NCBI GenBank assembly: GCA_964484505.1
Contig: CAZAFB010000001.1
Span: 9,974 to 73,973 of the forward strand
DNA from: an uncultured Bdellovibrionales bacterium
GTDB taxonomy: Bacteria > Patescibacteriota > Minisyncoccia > Moranbacterales > GWC2-37-73
Length of the DNA: 64,000 nucleotides
Direction of reading: 5' to 3'
Shown one piece after another: positions 55,616-64,000 of this stretch. Made by a program: the position numbers and the translations under genes. How positions within the stretch are numbered: the first letter of the stretch is position 1; the number at the start of each line of letters is the position of its first letter. The notes under the pieces were generated by a model, which searched no databases, was not told where the DNA came from, and was given only the letters and a program-made list of their open reading frames with translations.

Positions 55616-56776
55616 ATGTCTAAAATAGGAATCGATATACGTTGCCTTGTTGACGGGAAGAGAACTGGAGTGGAGGAATACACGCTGGGTCTTTTGGAAC
55701 AGGTTTTTGAGATGGACCAAAAAAATAAATATATTTTGTTTTTGAATTCCTGGAAGCCGCCTAAGTTTAATCTGAAAATTTTTGAAAAATATCCGAACGT
55801 CAAAATCAAACAATTCCGCGTGCCTAACAAAATTCTGAATTTTTGTTTTTGGTATCTCGGGTGGCCCAAGGTTGACAAAATGCTCGGGGGCATCGATGTT
55901 TTTTTTATGCCTAACATCAACTTCGTCGCACTTTCTAAAAAAGTAAAGCTTATCCTCACTATTCACGACCTTTCTTTTGAAAGATTTCCGGAAATGTTCT
56001 CGCTCAAACGTCGTCTTTGGCACGCGATCATTAATCCGAAAAAACTGTGCCAAAGGGCGGATGCGGTGATTGCTGTTTCCGATTCCACCAAGGAAGACAT
56101 CGTTGAATTATATCGGATCGATTCTGAAAAGGTGCATCGGATCTATAACAGCGTCAGCGACGAGTGCCAGATGATTGATCGCAATGAGCCAAATCTTTTG
56201 GAAGTTAAGGAAAAATATCGCTTGCCTTATGCATTCATTCTTTTTTTGGGAACGATCGAGCCTAGAAAAAACGTTATTGCGATAGCAAGAGCTTTCGATA
56301 AACTGAAATCCTTGAATAATCCGCAACTGGAAAAATATAAGCTGGTTATCGCGGGAGGAAAAGGTTGGAGTACGAAGCCCATATTTGAAGAGTTGCGTTC
56401 TTGCAAACACACGGATGACATAATATATATCGGCAGGATCGATGACGCGGACAAACCGGCGCTATATAATCTTGCTTCGCTTTTCGTATATCCTTCATAT
56501 TATGAAGGATTTGGTATGCCGGTTTTGGAAGCGATGAAATGTTCTGTCCCGGTGGTTGCTTCGCACACTTCTTCATTGGGAGAGATTGTGGCGGAAGCGG
56601 GAATTTTGGTGCATCCGGAAAAACCGCAGGAACTTTTTGATTCGATCAAGGAGGTTTTGCTTAATCGAGATCTTTCTGATAGATTGAAATTGTCAGGATT
56701 AAGAAGGGCTTGCATGTTCAGTTGGCGCGCCAGTGCCAAGGAATTTTTGGAAACAGTCAGATCTTTGATGCAATAA
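55616..56776 (+). CDS. Glycosyltransferase family 4
   Basis: IGIDIR, LGTIEPRKN, YPSYYEGFGMPVLEA. Confidence 0.92.
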   Translation: MSKIGIDIRCLVDGKRTGVEEYTLGLLEQVFEMDQKNKYILFLNSWKPPKFNLKIFEKYPNVKIKQFRVPNKILNFCFWYLGWPKVDKMLGGIDVFFMPNINFVALSKKVKLILTIHDLSFERFPEMFSLKRRLWHAIINPKKLCQRADAVIAVSDSTKEDIVELYRIDSEKVHRIYNSVSDECQMIDRNEPNLLEVKEKYRLPYAFILFLGTIEPRKNVIAIARAFDKLKSLNNPQLEKYKLVIAGGKGWSTKPIFEELRSCKHTDDIIYIGRIDDADKPALYNLASLFVYPSYYEGFGMPVLEAMKCSVPVVASHTSSLGEIVAEAGILVHPEKPQELFDSIKEVLLNRDLSDRLKLSGLRRACMFSWRASAKEFLETVRSLMQ

Positions 56777-56798
56777 AAACCAATGGAAAGGAGTTTTT

Positions 56799-56978
56799 AT
56801 GCGAAGGAAATTTGGGATTCTGAAAAAAACCGGCGGTCGTAGCTTTGCGGAATTTGTAAAACGTGTGCAATGTTTGGGAAAACATGGGATTATCCGCGAC
56901 CGTTATTGTGATCGTCACGCGAGACTTTTAGCGGACTTGTTCCGAATGAGGAGACAGCTGCCGGCAATGTTTTGGTAG
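56799..56978 (+). CDS. 59-aa Arg-rich hypothetical protein (not in ORF track)
   Basis: SD AAGGAG, ORF MRRKFGILKK...PAMFW, terminator near 57005-57032. Confidence 0.5.
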   Translation: MRRKFGILKKTGGRSFAEFVKRVQCLGKHGIIRDRYCDRHARLLADLFRMRRQLPAMFW

Positions 56979-57085
56979 AGTATATGTTTTAAATGTTTTT
57001 TCATGCGGCTCCAAAGAGAGCTGCTTTTTTTATGGCTGAATAAATGGTAAAATTAACCAAGTAGGACATCAGACGAACACTTGCA

Positions 57086-57100
57086 GGAGGTCCAACCTCC
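57086..57100. repeat. Short palindrome GGAGGT-cca-ACCTCC (REP-like)
   Basis: Perfect 6-bp inverted repeat in intergenic DNA. Confidence 0.4.
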
Positions 57101-57146
57101 ATTATAAGGCGTTTGTGTTTAGTCATAAGTATCCAGAGTAAATCAT

Positions 57147-58304
57147 ATGCGAATCGGCATTGACGCTCGCTTCTTCGGCTCCATTGGCAAAGGGCTAGGG
57201 CGCTACACTCAAAAATTAATCGAGCATTTGGAACGCATTGACCACGAAAACCAATACGTAGTTTTTTTGCGCAAAGAAAACTTTGAGGAATATATTCCTC
57301 AAAACCCCAATTTCCAGAAAGTTTTGGCTGATTACGCCTGGTATACTTTTGCCGAGCAGTGGGGGATGCCGCGACTGCTCAGAAAATATAAACTTGATCT
57401 GGTACATTTTCCGCATTTTAATGTGCCGCTTTTATATTTTGGTCGGTTTGTGATTACCATTCATGACCTGATTTTGTTGCATTTTCCGACCGTACGCGCC
57501 AGCACTTTGGGACCTTTCAAATATTGGTTAAAATTTTTGGCATATCGCTTGGTGATTTTTTCCGCGATCAAGCGCGCCAAGAGCATAATTGCTGTTTCCA
57601 ATTTTACCAAAAGCGACATCTTGGAGCATTATGGGATTTCTTCAAAAAAGGTTGATGTTACATATGAAGCCTGTGAAAAGCAAACAGAAAAACCCTTGAC
57701 GGATGGCAAAAAAATATTGGCAAAATATGGTATAATAAAGCCATACCTGCTATATGTAGGTAACGTGTATCCGCACAAAAATCCAGAGCGGCTTATTCAG
57801 GCTCTGAATCTGCTGAAAGAAAATAATTTAGAACTCAAACTGGTTTTTGTGGGAGGTGATGATTATTTTTACATCAGACTGAAGGAATTTGTGCGAAAAG
57901 CCGGTGCTGACAATGTCTTGTTTGCCGGTTTTGTGCCAGACGAAGATCTGGATGTACTGTTTTCGGAATCTTTGGCATATGCCAGACCCTCTTTATATGA
58001 AGGTTTCGAGTTGCCGCCGCTGGAGGCGATGTCCAAAGGTGTGCCGGTAATTTCATCTTATCATGAATGCGCGTTGGAAATTTTGGGTGACAGTGCGGCA
58101 TATTTCGATCCGGAAAACGTGGAAGACATTGCAAATGTCATAAAAAAAGTTTTTCAGGATGAAAATATGCGGAAGACAATGATTGAAAAAGGCTACAAGT
58201 GTGCCGGAAAATATGATTGGCAAGACATGGCCGAAAAAACGTTGCAAATATATCGAAAAGAAATAAACAAAAAAATTAAAAATGCACAAACAATCCTTCA
58301 ATAA
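57147..58304 (+). CDS. Glycosyltransferase family 4
   Basis: IGIDARF, YVGNVYPHKN, PSLYEGFELPPLEA. Confidence 0.92.
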   Translation: MRIGIDARFFGSIGKGLGRYTQKLIEHLERIDHENQYVVFLRKENFEEYIPQNPNFQKVLADYAWYTFAEQWGMPRLLRKYKLDLVHFPHFNVPLLYFGRFVITIHDLILLHFPTVRASTLGPFKYWLKFLAYRLVIFSAIKRAKSIIAVSNFTKSDILEHYGISSKKVDVTYEACEKQTEKPLTDGKKILAKYGIIKPYLLYVGNVYPHKNPERLIQALNLLKENNLELKLVFVGGDDYFYIRLKEFVRKAGADNVLFAGFVPDEDLDVLFSESLAYARPSLYEGFELPPLEAMSKGVPVISSYHECALEILGDSAAYFDPENVEDIANVIKKVFQDENMRKTMIEKGYKCAGKYDWQDMAEKTLQIYRKEINKKIKNAQTILQ

Positions 58305-60927
58305 ACACTTTGACGATCATATCAATGGTGAATTCCGTGGGGAAATGCCTTTTAGGCGTTATGCAGAAAATAAAGCGGAAAACAAAGTCGAACCGGTAAA
58401 ACAGGAAATTCCCGCTGAAAAAATAGCAGAGCCTGAATCTCAAACAAAGAACGTATCATATGCCAGTTCTGAAATTCCAATCAGATCTGCGGCCGTGCAG
58501 GTAAATTTGAGAGATCATGAACACAGCATAAAGATCAACAATGATCAAGCGGAGGTGAATGATGAATTTTATCAAGCGATAGACAGGGTTGAACAATCTG
58601 TTCCCAAAAAACAAAAATTGACTGTTCAAGAGCAGTTGGAAAAGATGAGACTTGCTCGCGAAATAGCTATGTCAGTACACAGATATTCCGATACGGAAGC
58701 AAATAAAGGCGAAATAAATAGAAATGACAAAGAGATAAGCGAAAAAAGGAACGAAATGGATGGAAGTAGGGAGATTAAATTGGAAGAAAGATTTTCAGAC
58801 GAATATTTCGATTCGCAGCAGCACCAGTTTTGTGTAGGTGACGAACCTATCAAAAGAAACGAGATTGAATATAAAAAAGAAAACAGCAAACTTTTTGTCG
58901 GTAAAAAGAAAATCTTCAATTGGCCTTGTTTTGCCCTGCCGAGCATTTCTTTGCGTGGCGCCGCATATTCTTTTGCGATACTTGCTCTCTTGATGACTGC
59001 CAGTGTCGGAATTTTTGCTTATGCAAAAAAAGGTTTTAGCATGCAGGGCAGAGTTTTGGGTGTCAGTCAGGAAGGGATGACATCTCTTCAGGGTGCGGCA
59101 GCGGCAGCTTCCAAGCAGGATTTCGAATCATCCATCAAAGAATTCTCCCGGGCGGAACAACAATTTGCCAAGGCTTCCGATGATCTTGATGAGCTAGGTG
59201 TTTTGTTGGTTGATGCTTCCAAATATGTACCGTTATTTTCCAAACTTTCCTCAGGCAAACATTCCATGGAAGCGGCTGAGCATCTTTCCATCGCCGGAAA
59301 GGAAATTGCTCAAGTGATAAGTGTGGTTTCTGAGATCAAAAACCCGATTTCCAATCAGGGTGGTGGTGACATTTCTTTATTGGACGTTTTTCTTGATTCA
59401 AAACCACATGTCGTCAAAGCACATGAAGAATTGATATATGCCAGGGACGCTCTGGAAAATGTAAATGTAGATGATCTTCCTGAAGACAAACGTGACAAGT
59501 TCATATTGCTCAAGAAAGAGCTACCCAACATAATTGCTGCTTGTGATGTATTCGTGGGCAATGCCGATATTTTTGCCGATCTTTTTGGTGCCAATGGACC
59601 ACGCAAATATCTTTTCCTTTTTCAAAACAATAATGAAATGCGGCCGACAGGAGGATTTATCGGTAGCTATGGTCTTTTGGATATTTCCAATGGCAAAATC
59701 CGCAATTTTTTCATTGATGGCATCTTTAATCCCGACGGACAGTTGATAGAAAAAATCGTGCCTCCAAGTCCGATTCAAAAAATGAGTGCGGCTTGGAGCT
59801 TGCATGACAGCAATTGGTGGCCTGATTTCCCGACTTCTGCCAGGGAAGCGATCAAATTTTATGCAAAAACTGGCGGACCTTCAGCTGATGGAGTAATCAC
59901 AATCACGCCGACGGTGATGCAGAAATTTTTGGAAATCACAGGACCGATTGAGATGCTCGAATACGGGGTTACGCTTGATGCTGAAAATTTCATTGAAAAA
60001 ACTCAATATGAAGTCGAGGTGGATTATGACAAGGAAGAAAACAAACCAAAAAAAATTCTTTCGGATTTGGCACCGATTGTTCTTGATAAGCTTCTCGGGT
60101 CGCGTGATCCCAAAACTGTTTCCAAGATGTTTTTGGCGCTTTCCGATGCTTTGGCGCAAAAGCATATTTTGCTATATAGCGATAATAAAAAATTGCAGGA
60201 GTTGATATCCAAGCAAGGATGGTCCGGGGAAGTGCTTGCTTCCGAAAAAGATTATTTGAGCGTCATCAATACCAATATCAATGGCTTTAAGACGGACGGG
60301 GTAGTCGAAGAAACAATCAAGCACAAGGCAGAAATAAGCAGCGATGGAAATATTGTTGACACTGTCACGATAACCAGAAATCACAAGGGAGGCAATTCCG
60401 AATATGAATGGTGGAATAAGGTAAACTGCGATTATTTGCGTGTCTATGTGCCGCTCGGCAGCAAACTTTTGGAAGTGAGCGGTCAGACTCGCGAATTTAC
60501 CAAACCTCCTTTGGACTATGATGCATTGGGATTTAAGCGTGACCCGCTTGTGGTCAAAGAGGAATCTTCCATGTCTATCGATGATCAAACGGGTACGCGA
60601 ACATATGAAGAATCAGGGAAAACCGTATTTGCCAATTGGGCTTATGTAAGTCCGGGGGAAACCGTTTCAGTCACCTATAAATATCTGTTGCCTTTCAAGC
60701 TGTTTCAAGTGACTTCCGGTGGCGCCAGTTATGACTCCTATTCTTTGACGGTACAAAAGCAGTCCGGCAGCATTGGTAGCAATCTACAGTCCGTCTTAGC
60801 TTATCCGCGTGAATTTTCACTTGAATGGGAGGGGCAGCAAGAGACAAAAAAAGAGGGTGGGGAAATATATAATGAAAGAAAATTGGACAGAGACAGATTT
60901 TTCGGATATGTGTTTGGTAAAAAATAG
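58282..60927 (+). CDS. DUF4012 domain-containing membrane-anchored protein
   Basis: YLFLFQNNNEMRPTGGFIGSY, HDSNWWPDFPTSA, YLRVYVPLGS, QKQSG. Confidence 0.85.
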   Translation: MHKQSFNKHFDDHINGEFRGEMPFRRYAENKAENKVEPVKQEIPAEKIAEPESQTKNVSYASSEIPIRSAAVQVNLRDHEHSIKINNDQAEVNDEFYQAIDRVEQSVPKKQKLTVQEQLEKMRLAREIAMSVHRYSDTEANKGEINRNDKEISEKRNEMDGSREIKLEERFSDEYFDSQQHQFCVGDEPIKRNEIEYKKENSKLFVGKKKIFNWPCFALPSISLRGAAYSFAILALLMTASVGIFAYAKKGFSMQGRVLGVSQEGMTSLQGAAAAASKQDFESSIKEFSRAEQQFAKASDDLDELGVLLVDASKYVPLFSKLSSGKHSMEAAEHLSIAGKEIAQVISVVSEIKNPISNQGGGDISLLDVFLDSKPHVVKAHEELIYARDALENVNVDDLPEDKRDKFILLKKELPNIIAACDVFVGNADIFADLFGANGPRKYLFLFQNNNEMRPTGGFIGSYGLLDISNGKIRNFFIDGIFNPDGQLIEKIVPPSPIQKMSAAWSLHDSNWWPDFPTSAREAIKFYAKTGGPSADGVITITPTVMQKFLEITGPIEMLEYGVTLDAENFIEKTQYEVEVDYDKEENKPKKILSDLAPIVLDKLLGSRDPKTVSKMFLALSDALAQKHILLYSDNKKLQELISKQGWSGEVLASEKDYLSVINTNINGFKTDGVVEETIKHKAEISSDGNIVDTVTITRNHKGGNSEYEWWNKVNCDYLRVYVPLGSKLLEVSGQTREFTKPPLDYDALGFKRDPLVVKEESSMSIDDQTGTRTYEESGKTVFANWAYVSPGETVSVTYKYLLPFKLFQVTSGGASYDSYSLTVQKQSGSIGSNLQSVLAYPREFSLEWEGQQETKKEGGEIYNERKLDRDRFFGYVFGKK

Positions 60928-61041
60928 GAGGGCGAACCACTCAGTTACTGCTTGCCATACTGAATCTAATCGTGTATTTTATCCTTTGTGGCATTCGATT
61001 CATTCGAGTGCTCATTGGTAAATTAGAGTCGCCTTATTTAA

Positions 61042-62688
61042 ATGATTAAGAAACTCGTAAAAAACAAATTTTTAAATGAGAAACCGACGCAGTCTGTTGC
61101 GGCGGCAGCTTTCATCATATCCCTTGCCGGAATAGCCAGTCGCATTCTTGGCGTCGTTCGTGATCGAATTTTGGCTGGCCAATTCGGGGCTGGCGATACC
61201 TTGGATGCGTACTATGCAGCTTTTCGAATTCCTGATCTTCTGTATAATCTTTTAATCGCGGGAGCTTTAAGCGCCGCTTTTATTCCGGTTTTTACGGAGA
61301 TGGTTGCCAAGAAGAAGGAAGAACAAGCATGGAAGATGGCTTCCGGCTTGTTGGCGCTTCAGATTTCAGTGATGGCTATATTATCTTTGGTTTGTGTTAT
61401 TTTCGCCCCTTTGCTCTTGAAATTGATATCGCCCGGTTTTTCAGGGGAAAAACTTGAACTGACGGTGATGCTTACCAGGGTAATGTTTCTAAGTCCTTTG
61501 ATTCTTGGAATCAGTGCAATATTCGGCGGAGTGCTGGTTTCATACAAAAAGTTTCTCATGTATTCATTCGCCCCGGTCCTATATAACATCGGCATAATTA
61601 TAGGAACGGTTTTCTTTGTGCCCGTTATTGGTCCCATTGGTCTTGCCTGGGGCGTGGTTTTGGGAGCATTGATGCATGCCTTGATTCAATATCCTTCCAT
61701 AAAGATGTCAGGATTCAAATTCAAATATCCGCTCGGAGAATTGTGGTCGGATAAAGATATAAGAAAGGTCATTAGATTGATGATTCCGCGTACGCTTTCG
61801 GTTGCTGTCACGCAGATCAATTTTTTGGTGATAACAATTTTCGCTTCAATGCTTTCCGCGGGAAGTCTTGCCATTTTTAATTTTGCCAATAACATTCAAA
61901 GTGCTCCCTTGGGGCTTTTTGGAATATCTTTTGCCATAGCTGTTTTTCCGACACTGGGAATTTTGGCTGCAAATGATGACAAAGAAGGTTTCGTCAGGAT
62001 ATTTTCAAAAACAACCAGGCAGATTCTCTTTTTTGTTATTCCTCTTAGCGGAATCATTTTTGTGCTTCGTGCGCAGATCGTGCGTACGGTTTTGGGAAGT
62101 GGAAAATTCGACTGGGAGGATACTATTTTTACTTTCCAAACATTGGGATTTTTGGCGCTCAGTCTTTTTGCTCAATCATTGATTCCTTTGTTTACGAGGG
62201 CTTTCTATTCTATTCAAAATACAAGGACGCCTTTTTACATAGCTTTGGTAAGCGAAGCCGTAAATATTTTGTCTGTAATCTTACTCATAGGCAAAATGGG
62301 TGTTTTCGGTTTGGCGATAGCCTTTTCTTTTTCAAGTTTTGTGAACATGATTTTGCTTGCCGTCTTTTTGCGCAAAGAAATAGGAAGATTGGATGGAAGC
62401 GTTATCGCTTCAAGCGTGAGCAAAATAATGCTAGCGACACTTTTGGGAGGTTTTTTTGCTCAGATTGCTAAATATCTTGTGGGCACAAGAGGGGAACTGG
62501 ATACTTTTGTGGAAGTTTTTACTCAGTTGGTAATAGCGGGGGGAGTTTTCATCGCCGTGTTTGCTTTGGCTAGTTACTATCTCAAGTCGAAAGAATTTTT
62601 CCAATTCACCGAGTCTGTTACGCGCAAGATTTTCAGGGCCAAAAAAGTCATTACTGAGGACACTCACGAAGTTGCCGGCATCTCTTGA
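61042..62688 (+). CDS. murJ: Lipid II flippase MurJ (MviN)
   Basis: SRILGVVRD, DAYYAAFRIPD, GALSAAFIP, RAFYS..NTRTP. Confidence 0.93.
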   Translation: MIKKLVKNKFLNEKPTQSVAAAAFIISLAGIASRILGVVRDRILAGQFGAGDTLDAYYAAFRIPDLLYNLLIAGALSAAFIPVFTEMVAKKKEEQAWKMASGLLALQISVMAILSLVCVIFAPLLLKLISPGFSGEKLELTVMLTRVMFLSPLILGISAIFGGVLVSYKKFLMYSFAPVLYNIGIIIGTVFFVPVIGPIGLAWGVVLGALMHALIQYPSIKMSGFKFKYPLGELWSDKDIRKVIRLMIPRTLSVAVTQINFLVITIFASMLSAGSLAIFNFANNIQSAPLGLFGISFAIAVFPTLGILAANDDKEGFVRIFSKTTRQILFFVIPLSGIIFVLRAQIVRTVLGSGKFDWEDTIFTFQTLGFLALSLFAQSLIPLFTRAFYSIQNTRTPFYIALVSEAVNILSVILLIGKMGVFGLAIAFSFSSFVNMILLAVFLRKEIGRLDGSVIASSVSKIMLATLLGGFFAQIAKYLVGTRGELDTFVEVFTQLVIAGGVFIAVFALASYYLKSKEFFQFTESVTRKIFRAKKVITEDTHEVAGIS

Positions 62689-62713
62689 CAAAAAGCTTTG
62701 AGAGTGCTATAAT
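62685..62713 (+). promoter_or_regulatory. Consensus sigma70 promoter
   Basis: TTGACA-17-TATAAT with TGn extension. Confidence 0.8.
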
Positions 62714-62772
62714 TAACAGTCAGTATCAAAAACCGCGCTTCGGCGCATATCAAAGCATAAAGGGAGGGCTTT

Positions 62773-63222
62773 ATGTTGAAAAAGGTTTTTGTGTTGTTGT
62801 TTGTTTTTTTTGCAGGCTTTGGTAATTTTTGTCTGTTTGCTGCGGAAGGAAAATGGGAAAATACTGTCGAAGGGGTCATAGCTCAAACGGCAGAAGAATT
62901 TTCCAATTTCCGGTGTCCAGCATATGACCAAGACCAAGGGATTGTGCAAGAGGCCTTTGAGCTTGCTTTTGAAAACGGCAAGTTAAGCGAGGAGTGGTTT
63001 AAATCATTTTCGCTTATGGTCTCAGAGGCAAGCGGGGGTGCTGCGAGCGTGATGTTTGTCTCCGGTTCGCCCATACTTGACCTTATGCCCATCCCGTACC
63101 AGGTCTTGGAAATATCAAGGGAGGGTCGCAGCATGACGTTTGTTGTCATGCCAATGCCTTACGTCGGTTGTGAAGCTAAAGCTCCTGCCGCGTACGCTCC
63201 AAAATTTTCCCTTCTTGAATAA
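62773..63222 (+). CDS. Secreted hypothetical protein (149 aa)
   Basis: Signal-peptide-like N terminus, SD GGGAGGG, own promoter and terminator. Confidence 0.7.
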   Translation: MLKKVFVLLFVFFAGFGNFCLFAAEGKWENTVEGVIAQTAEEFSNFRCPAYDQDQGIVQEAFELAFENGKLSEEWFKSFSLMVSEASGGAASVMFVSGSPILDLMPIPYQVLEISREGRSMTFVVMPMPYVGCEAKAPAAYAPKFSLLE

Positions 63223-63227
63223 CTTAC

Positions 63228-63261
63228 GCCCCTTGGCAGATCCATTGCCAAGGGGCTTTTT
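63228..63261 (+). terminator. Rho-independent terminator
   Basis: GCCCCTTGGCA-gatccat-TGCCAAGGGGC-TTTTT. Confidence 0.85.
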
Positions 63262-63436
63262 CTTGCCCAAATCCGTTTTAGCCTGTACACTGGGCTATGA
63301 AGCTTATGAATCCGGCAGTGAAAATTCGAAAGAAATTACCTGATAAATATTGCTGGTTTAAAATGCGCAATAGTCTAATATTATAAAAAAAGGATAAATT
63401 TAGCTGGCCGATGGCCATTCGAATTTCTACTGCCGG

Positions 63437-64000
63437 ATGGATAATCAAAAAAACGTTAGAAATTTTTGTATAATTGCTCACATTGACCACGGGAAGTCAA
63501 CCTTGGCTGACCGTCTTTTGGAAGTGACTGGAACTGTTGAAAAGCGCAAGATGAAAGAGCAGCTTTTGGATTCAATGGATTTGGAGCGCGAGCGGGGCAT
63601 TACGATCAAACTTCAGCCTGCACGTATGAAATATGGAGAATACACTCTCAATTTGATTGATACTCCGGGACATGTGGATTTTGGTTATGAAGTGTCACGT
63701 TCGCTTGCTGCCGTGGAAGGAGCCGTATTGCTTGTTGATGCAACCAAAGGGGTGCAGGCGCAGACTTTGTCCAATTTATATCAAGCTATTGAGCAAGGGT
63801 TGGAAATTATTCCGGTTGTTAACAAGGTTGATTTGCCCAATGCCAATGTGGAAAAAACCAAACAGGAAATCATCCATGTGCTCGGCTGCAAACATGAGGA
63901 AATTTTGGAAGCTTCCGGCAAGACCGGTATCGGCGTACCAAAAATTCTTGAAACTATCGTGGAAAAAGTTCCGGCACCAAGCGGCGATTTGGAAAAACCG
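63437..64000 (+). CDS. lepA: Elongation factor 4 (LepA), 5' part cut by window edge
   Basis: [47 protein letters not shown]. Confidence 0.96.
   Translation, partial: MDNQKNVRNFCIIAHIDHGKSTLADRLLEVTGTVEKRKMKEQLLDSMDLERERGITIKLQPARMKYGEYTLNLIDTPGHVDFGYEVSRSLAAVEGAVLLVDATKGVQAQTLSNLYQAIEQGLEIIPVVNKVDLPNANVEKTKQEIIHVLGCKHEEILEASGKTGIGVPKILETIVEKVPAPSGDLEKP

Noticed and set aside
63297-63386. 29-codon ORF upstream of lepA as a leader peptide
   Set aside because: No SD, no control-codon run and no attenuator structure
862-63490. Numerous 60-190 aa ORFs antisense to or overlapping identified genes
   Set aside because: Shadow frames of well-supported genes with no motifs or expression signals

Overview
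Chromosomal window of an AT-rich bacterium. Gene content and style (DUF4012, several GT-C glycosyltransferases, membrane-anchored Clp ATPase, four-subunit PFOR plus ADP-forming acetate-CoA ligase, mostly SD-less core genes) point to Patescibacteria/CPR, probably Parcubacteria; this is an inference. Core content: mltG 3' end, porCDAB, a rubrerythrin-like protein, a ZIP transporter, frameshifted prfB, ftsEX, a PLD/cls-like enzyme, rmuC, a two-component pair, a Clp-like AAA+ ATPase, a SpoIID-domain operon, a large surface-glycan gene set, pgeF, CIRCE-dnaJ, recJ, murJ and the lepA 5' end, plus tRNA-Thr(CGT) and tRNA-Gln(CTG). No CRISPR array, integrase or transposase was seen. Most striking observations: (1) an intact tRNA-Thr(CGT) nested inside a 14-bp inverted-repeat element that interrupts the anticodon arm of a second, degenerate tRNA-Thr, which carries two more hairpin insertions; (2) a Phe/Trp-rich leader-peptide attenuator controlling an orphan gene; (3) about a dozen stand-alone ORFan cassettes with strong Shine-Dalgarno sites, most with their own promoter and terminator, in a genome whose core genes lack SD sites; (4) a 1.5-kb integrase-free insertion flanked by a 39-bp duplication of a gene 3' end; (5) inverted microsatellite spacers and candidate structured RNAs. 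All calls come from reading the sequence; no searches were run.
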